A stretch of DNA of 49,353 nt from a virus (lineage: Duplodnaviria; Heunggongvirae; Uroviricota; Caudoviricetes), in the IMG/VR virus record IMGVR_UViG_2627854282_000001, positions 1 to 49,353 of that record. One strand, 5' to 3'. The position numbers and the translations under genes were made by a program. This document shows, one piece after another, positions 7,802 through 18,187 of the stretch; position 1 is the first letter of the stretch, and each line of letters opens with the position of its first letter. The notes under the pieces are model-generated. The model made no database searches, had not been told where the DNA came from, and worked only from the letters and a program-made list of their open reading frames with translations.

Positions 7802-10800
7802 TCAGAGAGGGATCGTAACCTCAGCGACATGGCCGCGGCCGACCGTCGCCGACATCATGTAGACGCGCGCCTGCGCACTCGGCGGCGGCGAGCCCCAATC
7901 GGCCGACTTCTGCGCCGCCGTATAGGTGAATTGGTTGGTGCCAACGCTGATGGTCCGCAGCACGCCGGTCGGCGAGTCTGCGTCGAGCACGTCCATTTCG
8001 AACGCTAAGGTCGCCTCGCCGCAACTCGGTACCGCATTGAACATCTCCCATGCGGAGAGCCGGTTGCGATAATCGAAGTCGACGATGGTGTCGCCACCGG
8101 AGAGTTGGCCGCACAGATTGACGACCGCATACGGTCTTTCGGCAGCTCCGGCGATCTGGTGCGCCTCAGCAACCGCCGCAGCAATTGAACCGCCGAACCC
8201 GACCGCCTTGTAGTATTTGGTCAGATCGAGATCCGATGGCGGATGGGGCAGCTTTCTCACCCAGTCCTGTCTGACCAGGACGAACAGATCGCCGATTTGA
8301 TGCTGCGGGCCGTAGACCTCCGTGCCGCGCCAGCCGCGCACCGGGAAACCCGAGATCGTGAAGGTGCCGTCGCCATTGTCCACGACGGTCGTGAAGCCAA
8401 GCCCCTCCCAGCGCCCTTCCCTGCCGACGAAGGCGAGGTTGGTGCCGAGCATGACTGCGGACTCCGCGGCCGAGGTCGGCGCTGCCCCTGAAATCCTCTG
8501 GACGATGATGCTGCTTGAGAAGTCGCCAGAATGAGGGTTCGGGTTGTCCGGCAGCACCGTTTTGCAGATGCCGACGAAGGCGGTATGCGGAGCCTGATCG
8601 TACATCACGGCAAAGGTGCTTGCGGTGTCTCCTCGATAGAGAGTGCCGCCTCCCCAGTTCGGCTGGCCGCGGCCGGCAACCATGCCGTATTGGACCAGCG
8701 CGGCGCCGGCGGCGTCGTCACCAAGGCGCAAGAGCGGAATATCGAGATGGATGTATTGCGACTGCAGCGTGACCGAGGTGATGCCGGAGTAGCCAGTGTT
8801 CGATACAACCGCGACATCGGCCGCGAGTGACGTCTGGAAATCCCTGGCCTCGAAATCGATGACCAGGTTTTCCTTGATGTTCACCTTCGAGATCTCGACG
8901 GTGTAGTCGATGTTGCCCGAGGGGACGCTGATGACGTCCCCCGGAATGAGATGAGCGAAATCGGAGAACGTCGAGAAGCTGTGCGTGCGCTCTTTGGCCT
9001 GCTGCCGCAACAGCAGCTCCTGCACATACTGCTCGCCATCGGCATCGGAGAGCACCATAGACGTGGAAAAGTTCATTTCCTTCGTCGACCGGGTGACCTC
9101 ATATAGCGCGCTGTACTCGTCAGCCGTTACAGTTCTCGCCTGATAGTTGTTCTCCTTTGACACATACTCGAAGGTGACCTTGGCAACCCTCGTCAAATCG
9201 CTTTCATCGTCCGACCGGATGGAGCCATTGCTCTTGAAGACGATGTCGGTATCGGCAAGAGATTCATCGGCGACGAACGATCCGTCGGTGGGCGTCTTCC
9301 GGAAGACGATCTCGTCCCCTATGTCCGACCAGACGAACCCCAAGGGATCCTGATAGGTGCGCAGCACCGTGAGGATGCTGGTGTCCTTGTCGATAACGTC
9401 GCCCCAATCGAAGAGCGCGTTGAAGCCTTCGAAGCGGATTTGATCGACGGTGTAAGGGCCCAAATGGGTTAGAAGGTCGGTGACGTGGCTTTGAGTGGTG
9501 ATCTCGCCCGGCGTCGAGCCAGGAATCGTGTATTCAGTCCAAATCTTATTGGTGCTGCTGTACATGAAGTATGCCAGCCGCGCCTGATCGACGAAGACGA
9601 CGCCTGTGGCGTGCTCGTCAAGCTTCGTCGCAGTTTTCGCATTGATGTCAATCGACCAAATCTCTTGGTGATTGTGATCGAAAAGGGCGTAACCAGGGCG
9701 GGGGAACGCTCGCTCCGTCCACAGGGGTCCGGATATATAATCGAGCAGCAACGAGACCGTGAATGTCTCGACGATCGCTCCTGTGGTCGGTGTGATTAAC
9801 CGGACATTGTATGTGCCGGCCGGGAAGGTCTCGAGCACAACGAGGTATTCGGTGAGAGGATCATAATGCATCCCGGTGATCTGTCCGTCCGGGTCGAACA
9901 CCGTGGCCGTCGACCAGCCGTCGCCACCATAGGTGACCTCGTAGACCAGATTGCCGTCGTACATGAAGAAGGATGCGGAATCGGCGGCGACACGCCCGGC
10001 GACCATCGGGATTTCGCCGACTGAGACACTATTCCTCGTGACGCTGAATGAGCCGGCAGTCAGATCGATGACCGCGAAAGCGGTTGGATCGTAGGCAGTA
10101 TCGTAAATATCCGTGCCAGCGAGCAAGAACTGGTCGCCGAATTTGACGCTGGCGAACCAGACAAAGCGTTCATCAGAATTCTCGATGAACTCCGCTACGA
10201 TCGAACCGGTGGTCGCGTTGTAAACGCGGGTCGGAAGAACACCCGTCGGCGCGATATCCAGCCGGGCGAACACGACCACATATCCGGAACCGCGCAAGAC
10301 GGCCAAATAGGGATTCGCATCGACATAGATTTCCGACCCCTCGAGAGGCACTCGGTACTGCTCAACACCGGTGTCGACGTCGAGCGCAACAAGGTAGCAG
10401 ACCGTGAGCGAGGGGATCTCGGCATTCGTCAGGATCTGGTAGAGAATCCCGTCGACGGGGTCATAGCCCGCAAACCGGAACGTGTTCGTGCCAGGACTCG
10501 TCGGCGCCTGACCAACCCATGTCAGCTGCTTCGTTCCACCGGTCTGCGATGCTGCGTTGGAGATCACGGCGGTTATGGTCGGCGCCTGCGCCGCAGGGTA
10601 ATCAGGCAGCACCAGAAGCACGTCACCAGTGTGAGCTCCAGCATTAGCGCCGACGATCTGCTTGACCACCGGATCAACTGCCGTCTGCAGCCCGTTGTAG
10701 AAGCGAAATTGGATCGACGGGATAGCACCATTTTCAGCATCGAAGACGACCTGACCATCCGCCTCGATGCGAATGATGTCGTAGCCTCGGCCGAAATAAT

Positions 10801-11092
10801 CCTTGGCAAGGAGATAAACGACGTCGATTGTGGCAACGCTAGTCGGGTCCGGATAGGTCAGATTGAACTGCGAGCCGATGCGCGTGCCCTGGTAGGTCGT
10901 GGTGACGACCTTTGCCTGGCCGTAGACCGGGATGCCATCGACGCGGCCAGTACCGATGACTGCGGCCTTGGGTCGGCCCAAGGCAGGTGGCGTTACAAGG
11001 CCAGTGCGACGAGTGTAGACGCCGTCGATGCGCGGCGGATCCTTATACAGACTCAGTGTTGCTTTGTGGCCATCATAGATACCGTAGGCCAT
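7802..11092 (-). CDS. Tail tip / host-specificity protein (GTA megatron-like, phage-tail_3 type)
   Basis: 1096 aa after DUF2163; IPVYG N-terminal motif, C-terminal LDIPLLR, WGGGTLYRG, GWRGTE motifs; central beta-propeller-like insert. Confidence 0.8.
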   Translation of the reverse strand: MAYGIYDGHKATLSLYKDPPRIDGVYTRRTGLVTPPALGRPKAAVIGTGRVDGIPVYGQAKVVTTTYQGTRIGSQFNLTYPDPTSVATIDVVYLLAKDYFGRGYDIIRIEADGQVVFDAENGAIPSIQFRFYNGLQTAVDPVVKQIVGANAGAHTGDVLLVLPDYPAAQAPTITAVISNAASQTGGTKQLTWVGQAPTSPGTNTFRFAGYDPVDGILYQILTNAEIPSLTVCYLVALDVDTGVEQYRVPLEGSEIYVDANPYLAVLRGSGYVVVFARLDIAPTGVLPTRVYNATTGSIVAEFIENSDERFVWFASVKFGDQFLLAGTDIYDTAYDPTAFAVIDLTAGSFSVTRNSVSVGEIPMVAGRVAADSASFFMYDGNLVYEVTYGGDGWSTATVFDPDGQITGMHYDPLTEYLVVLETFPAGTYNVRLITPTTGAIVETFTVSLLLDYISGPLWTERAFPRPGYALFDHNHQEIWSIDINAKTATKLDEHATGVVFVDQARLAYFMYSSTNKIWTEYTIPGSTPGEITTQSHVTDLLTHLGPYTVDQIRFEGFNALFDWGDVIDKDTSILTVLRTYQDPLGFVWSDIGDEIVFRKTPTDGSFVADESLADTDIVFKSNGSIRSDDESDLTRVAKVTFEYVSKENNYQARTVTADEYSALYEVTRSTKEMNFSTSMVLSDADGEQYVQELLLRQQAKERTHSFSTFSDFAHLIPGDVISVPSGNIDYTVEISKVNIKENLVIDFEARDFQTSLAADVAVVSNTGYSGITSVTLQSQYIHLDIPLLRLGDDAAGAALVQYGMVAGRGQPNWGGGTLYRGDTASTFAVMYDQAPHTAFVGICKTVLPDNPNPHSGDFSSSIIVQRISGAAPTSAAESAVMLGTNLAFVGREGRWEGLGFTTVVDNGDGTFTISGFPVRGWRGTEVYGPQHQIGDLFVLVRQDWVRKLPHPPSDLDLTKYYKAVGFGGSIAAAVAEAHQIAGAAERPYAVVNLCGQLSGGDTIVDFDYRNRLSAWEMFNAVPSCGEATLAFEMDVLDADSPTGVLRTISVGTNQFTYTAAQKSADWGSPPPSAQARVYMMSATVGRGHVAEVTIPL

Positions 11093-11133
11093 TTACGAGC
11101 GTACCTCGTCAAACATCCGGGAGCCCTCGCACC

Positions 11134-11988
11134 TCACTTCAGCCCCCCGTAGAGCTCGCCTGGCGTATGGTCGTAGCCCGAGAAGTTGTTCTTCCGGCCA
11201 TTAGCAACGCAGACGGGTCGCGTCCGCGCGCAGCCACCATGCATGACGAAGGTGTCCCCGACTTCGACGTCGAGAGAGAAGCCTTCGGCGAGCTCGACAA
11301 GATGCGATCCGCTCGTCCATTTGCGGATCCTGCGGCTGTCGCCGATATTGGCGCCGGAGGTGAATTTGATCGCACCACCGAAATTGAAGTCGATGTTGGT
11401 CGGGTTCGAAATCGTGACAGTGAATTTTCCGTTGGTGGTGACCGTGGCGACAACGCCGGACAACTCACGCGTCGACAGATCAAAACCGCATTCCCGCGAC
11501 CCGAAGACGTGGTTGCATTTCGGCTGGATCTTATCGAGGACGATGTCGCCGAGCTGCTCGCCCTTCGTCGCGAATTCCAGAGTTCCAGCGATGCTGTCGG
11601 AAAAGGATGATTTCCCGACAAACCCGGTCGCCATGACTTGGCGGTAGTCAGGATTGTCGATGTCGCCGAGATAGAGGATTGCGGTGGCCTTGCGCCAAAC
11701 CCCTCGTTTCACATGCTCGGCATAGATCGGCCCCTGTTCATCGATCGGGACGGTGATGTCGACAGTCGCAGGGAATCCGTCCAGCGAGTAAGTCACGCTG
11801 GTCATGTTGAAACCGGGATCGCCCAGGAAAATCTCGGCAGGGCTGCCAGCAGTCGCCACCATCTCGCCAGACGATGAGAGGCGCACGACCTGGCCTATGC
11901 GGCTGGTCACCTCGATCAGCCATACCGGCGTGATCGTCCCGCCCTCAAGCATGGTCAGCAGAGGGATGGGGAAGGTAGATCTTGGCAT
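11134..11988 (-). CDS. Baseplate hub protein, DUF2163/BR0599 family
   Basis: QPKCNHVFGSRECG and GGCARTRPVC...NNFSGY Cys motifs. Confidence 0.88.
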   Translation of the reverse strand: MPRSTFPIPLLTMLEGGTITPVWLIEVTSRIGQVVRLSSSGEMVATAGSPAEIFLGDPGFNMTSVTYSLDGFPATVDITVPIDEQGPIYAEHVKRGVWRKATAILYLGDIDNPDYRQVMATGFVGKSSFSDSIAGTLEFATKGEQLGDIVLDKIQPKCNHVFGSRECGFDLSTRELSGVVATVTTNGKFTVTISNPTNIDFNFGGAIKFTSGANIGDSRRIRKWTSGSHLVELAEGFSLDVEVGDTFVMHGGCARTRPVCVANGRKNNFSGYDHTPGELYGGLK

Positions 11989-11989
11989 T

Positions 11990-12589
11990 TCAGGCGTTGA
12001 TGTCTTCGGTGGCGGTCATGCCATTGATCTTGGCGTAGGCTCCGTTCGGGCCATCAATCGAGACATCCTGGGTGGAATTCTCAAGCCGGACCGCGACGTA
12101 GTATTTGCCGGTCCAGGTCAAGGTTTCTCCGACTGCCCATGGGGTTGTCGGCACGATGACGCCATTGGTCTTGCTGTTGATCGCCTTCACGACGCCGTTC
12201 GACTTGATGACGACGGCGCCGTCATCTTCGTCCAGGAATTTCACCGGATAGTCATACGGCCGAGCGCCGGCGAAGGTGATGACAAGTTGCTTTCCGTCGC
12301 TGGTCCCATCTCCGAAGCCGAACACCTGATCGACCACGGAAAAGTGCCGCCAGTCGCGGATCAGCACCGGATACCCGCAGCCGCGGCATTCCTCGATCTT
12401 TTCCACGATGTTGCGCATGTCGGCGACTAGCGTGTTGGTATAGCCGAACTGGTAGCGTCGGAGCGGCCGGGTCCGGCGAACGATCGAGCGCACTCCCCCA
12501 CCATTCATCATGATAGACTCGGAGGCGAAATCCGGCGTTCCGGAAATGAAGCCGAGTGCTGTCGATTTGGGGAAAATCGGGTACGTCAT
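11990..12589 (-). CDS. Distal tail protein, DUF2460 family
   Basis: G.P.F.S..IM..GG, IRDWRHF, FGFGDGT and VAVRL motifs; directly after TMP. Confidence 0.85.
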   Translation of the reverse strand: MTYPIFPKSTALGFISGTPDFASESIMMNGGGVRSIVRRTRPLRRYQFGYTNTLVADMRNIVEKIEECRGCGYPVLIRDWRHFSVVDQVFGFGDGTSDGKQLVITFAGARPYDYPVKFLDEDDGAVVIKSNGVVKAINSKTNGVIVPTTPWAVGETLTWTGKYYVAVRLENSTQDVSIDGPNGAYAKINGMTATEDINA

Positions 12590-15500
12590 GCGACAGAACT
12601 GCTCATTGCGCCATAGACGGTCCGAACGAACTCATACGCGGCCTGGCGGCCAGCTTGGGCGCCATCAGTGACGCCGTTGATGTTGATGTCTCCGACCACG
12701 ATGTTCCCGATGGTGGCCTGCCCAGGAGCTGGCTGCGGCCCCAGCTTGATCGTCGGCCGTTTGAGGACGCCGATGCCCCAGCTGGATATGTAACTGCCGT
12801 GCTGAGGATCCCATGCGTCGCCGAACATGTGCGATTCTTTGGAAATGTTGCCGGTGTTCAGACCGCCATCCGGGCGCCACGCGTATGGATCGTTGCCGTT
12901 CTGACCCATTGCGGAAGTACCCTGCCAAAGGTCGTACATCCCGACGTCCAGCGCGCCGATAGTGCCCGCGACGTTCGCGAGACCGCCGGTGACACTTCGA
13001 TTCATGTCGTCGACGCTAGTGCCGACATCCTTGGTCGCTGACGTCGTCTGGTCCTGTCCGTATCGGGTGACGTTGACGCCGTTTTCCAGCTGCCGGACGA
13101 CCGCGCCGGTCCCATTGTCACCGCCGCCGGCGCCGCTGCTGAAACGGGTCACCGACACGCCGCCGGCATCAGGATAGGTGGTGCGCGTTCCGGTCGCCCC
13201 GGCTCTCTGCACAACCGGGTTGGCCTGGAAGGTGTTAATCGCCCCAGTCAGCCTGGCGATCCAGAAAAGAGCGTCCTCGATTCCTTTGATGAAGCCGTCG
13301 AGCGCATCTGAATTCGCGCCGAGCTTCTTCAGTTCGTCGCGAATCTTGGCGATACCGTCGGCGAGCTTGTAGGCGGGCAAGCGTCCAGCGAGGAATTTGT
13401 CGACCAGAGCCTGCAGGCGCGCTTCGATGGCGCCGTACTCCTGATTTAGCCCACCGATCTCCAGCGCTTGACCGAACATGCGCTCGCGGCCGGTCGCAAA
13501 GGCTGTGGCGAGATCGGTCTGCGCAAGCTTGAGGCGGATAGTGGTCGCTTCAACATCGGCCTGCCGCTGCCGGATCTCGTCATAGGCGCTGGCGACATTC
13601 GCGAACTTGGATTGGACAAGGTCCTTGCTTTCCGCGTTTTCCAGCGCTGTGGAGACGTGTTCGAGAATGTCGAGTTCACGCGTCGAGGCGGCAATCGCAT
13701 CAGCGCCGGCCCTCACCCTCTGGCGAACCGCATCGGTGATCCTGATGTTCTGGCCGGCGATCTTGGCGAGAAGATCGTCCTCGATCGCGAGGCGATTCTG
13801 CTCATCGCCAATGAGACCGCGCCGCTCCAGTATCTCCTTGTTGGCCTTTACCTGACCCTGGATAAGGTCGTTGATCGCCGCCAGCTGCGAGGCGGTTGCC
13901 TCCGGCTTGTCGAAGTTGATGTTTGGCGCAATCTGCTTCGCAGTCGCCAGCAGCCGGGCAAACTCGCCGCTGGTTGCCTCCGTGGACCGGAGCCACGCCT
14001 CCGATTTGCTATTGATGGTATCCAGCACGGTGTTGACGATGGCGACGTCCCTGGCCTCGCCCTCGAGAAGATCCTTGTTGTCCTTCATCACGGCGGCGGT
14101 GCCCTGCCGGATCTTCGACTCGAGATCGGTCTGCTCGTTGATCTGCTTAATGCTGAAAAGCAGCCCCTGCGCGGTCTTCTGCGACTGCTTCAGGTTTGTC
14201 TCATAGATTTCCAGGGCGTCGGCCGATGCGGCGGCCACCTTGTTGATCTGGTTCTCGACGTCGAGACTGCCGACGCCGCTCTTCAGCGAGGCGTTGAGCT
14301 GTTCCGCGGAGGCCGCCGACTTGTTGAGCGCGAGCTGGAGCTTGCCCTCTTCCGCGACGGCCGCGGCGATATTATCGAGTTCATGGTCGCTGACGAACTG
14401 GGCTTCCGGGATTGCCCGGATTTCCTTGTTGATGTCGGCAAACGCAAGAGTGCCCTCCGCGACCCTGTTGACGACCGACTGCACGCCGGCGGTCATCTTG
14501 TTGAACAGATCGACGAAATCGCTGCGGTTTTCGAGCTTCGGATTGGTGAACGCATCGAAAGCGTTCGTCAGGGCTTCATTGATCTTTGTGGCCTGCTCCT
14601 CGACCCCTGCCCTGAAAAGGGTAATATCGCCTTCGGTGGCGGCGAGCTTACCCTTGATCTCTTCCGACCTAAGGCTGGTTTCCGCAGCCTGCCCAGTTTG
14701 GCCACCGGCATCCGCGATCGACCCAAGTACATCGTGCAGCGCCTTCCTGGTATTCTCCTGCTGCTGCGCCGCCTCAGCCGATCTGATGCCCATGAGGGTA
14801 AGCAGCGAAATCGCACCAGTGAACGCGACACCCCATGGGCCGCCGAGGAAGCCAACCAGGCTGCTGGCGCCGGTCTTCAAAAGACCGAACGATTGCCGCA
14901 GCACGCTGGTGTTCTTTGTGGCGAGAGAAAGTGAGGTCGCTGTGGTCTCCAGGCTGGTGCGAAGACCGTCGAGCTCTGCCTGCGCGGCGCGCAGCTCGGC
15001 GCCTTTCGCAAGCGAGCCGACTTCCCCGATCGCCGCGCGGGCACGCCCCAGCCTTTGCGTCTGGTCGAACTCCTCGACCTGAAGACGGGCGGTCTCCTTC
15101 GCTTGCGCTCTGGCGACCTGCTGGTACTTCGACCGGGTTTCGGCGGCTTGCGCCTCGGCGGCGCCAACCCGTTCCGCAAGCGCGATTCGCTGGTTGCCGA
15201 GCTGCTCCTCGAGCGCGCCCTGCTTCAACGCTTCACTGGACTGCTGCTGCCGGATGCGAGTGATGTCGCGTTCCGCCTCCTTCACAGCGCCGATGTTGCC
15301 GATGTTGATCGCCTGCTGCCCAGATGCCGCGGTCAGCCGGGTCTGCGCCTTGGCGAGCTCGTTCGCGAGCGATACCTGCCGGCTTTGGCTGGCCTCGATC
15401 TTGCCCTGGGTCTCGACGATCTTGTCGGCCGCGGCCAGGGTCTGCTTGGTCCCCTTCACCTCGACCGAGTTGGCGGCGTCGATCGCGTTGCGCAGCTTCT

Positions 15501-16749
15501 CGGTTGTCGCCAGCCGGCTTTCCCGAATCTTGTTGAGCTTCGCCTCTTCGCGCTGGACGATCTTGAGGTCCGACTTTGACGCGAATTCCAAGTTGTCCCG
15601 CCCCTGCAGATTGGCGAACGCCCTGGTGCTCTGCTCAAGCTGAGATGAAAGATCGCCTTGCGCCTTCGTAAGCTTTTCGACCTGGTCCTTGGCATCGGCA
15701 GACCGTCTCGAGATTTCGCCGAAGGTGGCGTCGACGGCCTTGCCGACGCTGCTGCCGACGAGCCGGCCAGCAAAAGCCGAACCAAGGGCCAGGCCTAAGG
15801 TGGCGGCGCTGCCGGCAACCTTGTCGATATTGTTGGCGAACAGCAGGATGCCGCCGGAAACGATCCGGGTGAGACCATACGTCTTGTCGAGACCTCCGAC
15901 GAATTTCGTGAGCTGGTTGTCGGCCTTGACAAGGGATTGGTCGATGGTGAGAACCGACTTGTTGAAATCGGCATCGACACTGGCCTTGATCTTGTCGAGA
16001 GCGCCGAGGACTCTATCCGCGGTCAGCTGGCCGGTGATGCTGAGCTGCCGCAGCTTGCCGATGGTGACGTCGAGGCCCTTCGCGAGCTGCAGACCAAGCG
16101 GGGTTTCCAGCACGGCGCGGAATTCGTCGCCGCCCAGCCGATTCGAAGCGATCGCCTGCGAGAACTGGATGGCGGCCGATGTGGCTTCCTGAGCCGTGGC
16201 GCCGCCCAGAGCAAGCGCTTTCTGGATGGTCTGGACGTACTCGAGCACGGTGCTGCCCGATGTCGATGGCGCCGCCTTCTGCAAGCGAGAGTACAGCACA
16301 GCGGTCGAGGTAAGGGAGGCACGGCTGTTGTCGGCAGCCGCGGCAACGCCGGCAAGATTCCCAGCAAGGTCGGCGGCATCATCGGAGACGACGCGGATCT
16401 GGTTTGAGAGATTGTTGTAGGTGTCCGCGTACCGGAGCACCAAGTTCGACGACAGCGCCGCGGTCAGGCCGCCGAAAACGGCCGTCGTCGCCAGCATGGT
16501 GCCGCGCAGCAGGCCGACGCGGTCGTTGACGCGCTCGAAGGCGCGCGAAACAGCGATCAGACCATACGGCCTGATGCCGCTATCCGCGCTCCTGGAGAAT
16601 CGCTCGATCGAGGACTGCGCAAGACCAGCTTCCTTGCGCACGCTGGCGGCGCCGCGCGCCGTGATGCGGTCAGCAAGAGCCCAGCCGGCGGCATAGCCGC
16701 CGGTGTCCATCGTCAACGATGCATAGATGGAACCGATTGGCTCAGCCAT
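12586..16749 (-). CDS. Tape measure protein (1387 aa)
   Basis: Tape-measure domain (ADTYNNLSNQIR...AAIQFSQAIASNRLGGDEFRAVLE), long Ala-rich helical repeats. Confidence 0.95.
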   Translation of the reverse strand: MAEPIGSIYASLTMDTGGYAAGWALADRITARGAASVRKEAGLAQSSIERFSRSADSGIRPYGLIAVSRAFERVNDRVGLLRGTMLATTAVFGGLTAALSSNLVLRYADTYNNLSNQIRVVSDDAADLAGNLAGVAAAADNSRASLTSTAVLYSRLQKAAPSTSGSTVLEYVQTIQKALALGGATAQEATSAAIQFSQAIASNRLGGDEFRAVLETPLGLQLAKGLDVTIGKLRQLSITGQLTADRVLGALDKIKASVDADFNKSVLTIDQSLVKADNQLTKFVGGLDKTYGLTRIVSGGILLFANNIDKVAGSAATLGLALGSAFAGRLVGSSVGKAVDATFGEISRRSADAKDQVEKLTKAQGDLSSQLEQSTRAFANLQGRDNLEFASKSDLKIVQREEAKLNKIRESRLATTEKLRNAIDAANSVEVKGTKQTLAAADKIVETQGKIEASQSRQVSLANELAKAQTRLTAASGQQAINIGNIGAVKEAERDITRIRQQQSSEALKQGALEEQLGNQRIALAERVGAAEAQAAETRSKYQQVARAQAKETARLQVEEFDQTQRLGRARAAIGEVGSLAKGAELRAAQAELDGLRTSLETTATSLSLATKNTSVLRQSFGLLKTGASSLVGFLGGPWGVAFTGAISLLTLMGIRSAEAAQQQENTRKALHDVLGSIADAGGQTGQAAETSLRSEEIKGKLAATEGDITLFRAGVEEQATKINEALTNAFDAFTNPKLENRSDFVDLFNKMTAGVQSVVNRVAEGTLAFADINKEIRAIPEAQFVSDHELDNIAAAVAEEGKLQLALNKSAASAEQLNASLKSGVGSLDVENQINKVAAASADALEIYETNLKQSQKTAQGLLFSIKQINEQTDLESKIRQGTAAVMKDNKDLLEGEARDVAIVNTVLDTINSKSEAWLRSTEATSGEFARLLATAKQIAPNINFDKPEATASQLAAINDLIQGQVKANKEILERRGLIGDEQNRLAIEDDLLAKIAGQNIRITDAVRQRVRAGADAIAASTRELDILEHVSTALENAESKDLVQSKFANVASAYDEIRQRQADVEATTIRLKLAQTDLATAFATGRERMFGQALEIGGLNQEYGAIEARLQALVDKFLAGRLPAYKLADGIAKIRDELKKLGANSDALDGFIKGIEDALFWIARLTGAINTFQANPVVQRAGATGTRTTYPDAGGVSVTRFSSGAGGGDNGTGAVVRQLENGVNVTRYGQDQTTSATKDVGTSVDDMNRSVTGGLANVAGTIGALDVGMYDLWQGTSAMGQNGNDPYAWRPDGGLNTGNISKESHMFGDAWDPQHGSYISSWGIGVLKRPTIKLGPQPAPGQATIGNIVVGDININGVTDGAQAGRQAAYEFVRTVYGAMSSSVA

Positions 16750-17014
16750 TTTTGCCTATGCGTTTCTGATCGGAGGCTGCTTTGCGAAGCTGCTTTTTCT
16801 GCTGCTCCATGAAGAGCCGCATGCGCCGGTACATCTGGTCCGGCGTTTGCAGTCGCTGCGGATCGTCCCAAAGCTCCGACGACTTGTCGGGCAATCGCCT
16901 GGCCCGCTGCAGGCGCGCGTTGAAGTAGGCTTGCTCGACACGACCTTGCCAGGCAGGGCCGAGCCAGGTGCCGACTTCATGCGGGGTCAGTTCGAAGAAT
17001 TGATGCGGGAACAT
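16742..17014 (-). CDS. Tail assembly chaperone C-terminal (T) segment of the G-T frameshift product
   Basis: PHQFFELTPHEV motif; open in the -1 frame from the slippery site at 17077. Confidence 0.85.
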   Translation of the reverse strand: MFPHQFFELTPHEVGTWLGPAWQGRVEQAYFNARLQRARRLPDKSSELWDDPQRLQTPDQMYRRMRLFMEQQKKQLRKAASDQKRIGKNG

Positions 17015-17046
17015 GCCCGCCCGGTAGGCACTCTTTTGCAGTTCAG

Positions 17047-17436
17047 TTAGGAGCTCGCCGGGCTCGATTGGTTTCCCGAGTCATCATTCACCTCGAGCTT
17101 CCTGACGTTCTCGAGATAGTCGAGATGACCCTCAAAGGTGCGGCCATGCATTGCCAAGAACAGCGCATCCAGGATCGCGTTTGCAGTGACGACCTGCGGG
17201 CAGTCGAGATCATCGTATGCGATGCGAAACGGCTTGCCGTCCTTCTTGCCGCCGAAGGCGATGCATTCGCGCATGAACTTCGGGTCAAAGCGGTTCAGGC
17301 GCGGCACGCAGTCGGCGAAATAGTTGTCGCCGAATTTCGCCTGAAGATTGTCGAGATCGGGATTGGTGAAGCGGAGATAGACCCCCTCCCCGCCGTCCGG
17401 GAAGGGGACTTGTCCGCGGAGACGCACTTCTGACAA
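17047..17436 (-). CDS. Tail assembly chaperone (gpG-like)
   Basis: Between tube and TMP genes; ends with in-frame G GGA AAC slippery heptamer. Confidence 0.88.
   Translation of the reverse strand: MSEVRLRGQVPFPDGGEGVYLRFTNPDLDNLQAKFGDNYFADCVPRLNRFDPKFMRECIAFGGKKDGKPFRIAYDDLDCPQVVTANAILDALFLAMHGRTFEGHLDYLENVRKLEVNDDSGNQSSPASS
17071..17077 (-). other. Programmed -1 frameshift site GGGAAAC
   Basis: X XXY YYZ in correct phase (TCG GGA AAC); -1 frame reads GKPIEPGELLTELQKSAYRAGMFPHQ without a stop into the 16742-17014 ORF. Confidence 0.9.
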
Positions 17437-17448
17437 CGACGCCTCCTA

Positions 17449-17898
17449 TTAAGCCGACGGGCCTTCTTCGATCTGACCCGACACGCGGATCGTCACTTCG
17501 AAATTGATCGGATCCTCACCGGTGAAGGTGAAATCTCCGCCGGAGACGTAGCCGAAGCCGTACAGCATGTAATTGAAGCCGGCGCCGCTCATGTCGATCT
17601 GCCAGTTGAAGGTGGCGCCGGAGTTGAGCTTCGCCTCGAGGCCGGTCGTACCGTTGAGCGTGGCGTCGCTTGGGTTGTAGTGGCAGGTGATCTTGATCTC
17701 GCCCGGATCCTTGAAGCCCGGCCGGAACTCGCGGAAGCCGCCGGTCGAAGCGAGATGGGTGAAGTCGACCTCTTCGACCGAGCGGCCGGAAAGGTTGATG
17801 GCGGTGACGTTCACGACGGGCGTGAACGCTTCCGGCGATTCGCCGTCTCCGACCTTGAACTTGGTGCCAAGGCCGACTTTACCAGTGGACGCAACCAT
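17449..17898 (-). CDS. Major tail tube protein
   Basis: SVEEVDFTHLASTGGFREFRPGFKDPGEI motif typical of siphovirus tubes. Confidence 0.92.
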   Translation of the reverse strand: MVASTGKVGLGTKFKVGDGESPEAFTPVVNVTAINLSGRSVEEVDFTHLASTGGFREFRPGFKDPGEIKITCHYNPSDATLNGTTGLEAKLNSGATFNWQIDMSGAGFNYMLYGFGYVSGGDFTFTGEDPINFEVTIRVSGQIEEGPSA

Positions 17899-17911
17899 GG
17901 TGCGGGTTCTC

Positions 17912-18169
17912 CTATTTCAGTTTGGGTTTGCGACAGGCTTTCCGGGCCGCCGCGGCGTCCTCGGAGACGAGCGTATCCACCCCGCACTCCCGGCATTTCC
18001 AGCACGGCAGTCCGCTCCACTTGGTCTCGATCATCGAGCACTCGCGGGGGGCAGAAACGACTGAGGCCGCCTCGGGGGCGGCCTCAGATTTTGCGATTTC
18101 AGTTGCTGGCGACGACACGTCAGCTCGCACCGGACTCCTCGTCCGGCGCGCAGGGCGCCTTGCGGGCAT
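17912..18169 (-). CDS. Small basic protein with CWKCREC motif (85 aa)
   Basis: Strong SD AAGGAGG; fills the gap before the tube gene. Confidence 0.7.
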   Translation of the reverse strand: MPARRPARRTRSPVRADVSSPATEIAKSEAAPEAASVVSAPRECSMIETKWSGLPCWKCRECGVDTLVSEDAAAARKACRKPKLK

Positions 18170-18187
18170 GGCTGCCTCCTTACGCGC

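Noticed and set aside
13468-14934. Long plus-strand ORFs opposite the TMP, capsid (26924-28459), protease (28456-30111), oxidoreductase (35989-37341) and 456-aa gene (46442-47845)
   Set aside because: Shadow ORFs expected from GC-rich codon bias; no motifs, and fully antisense to well-supported genes
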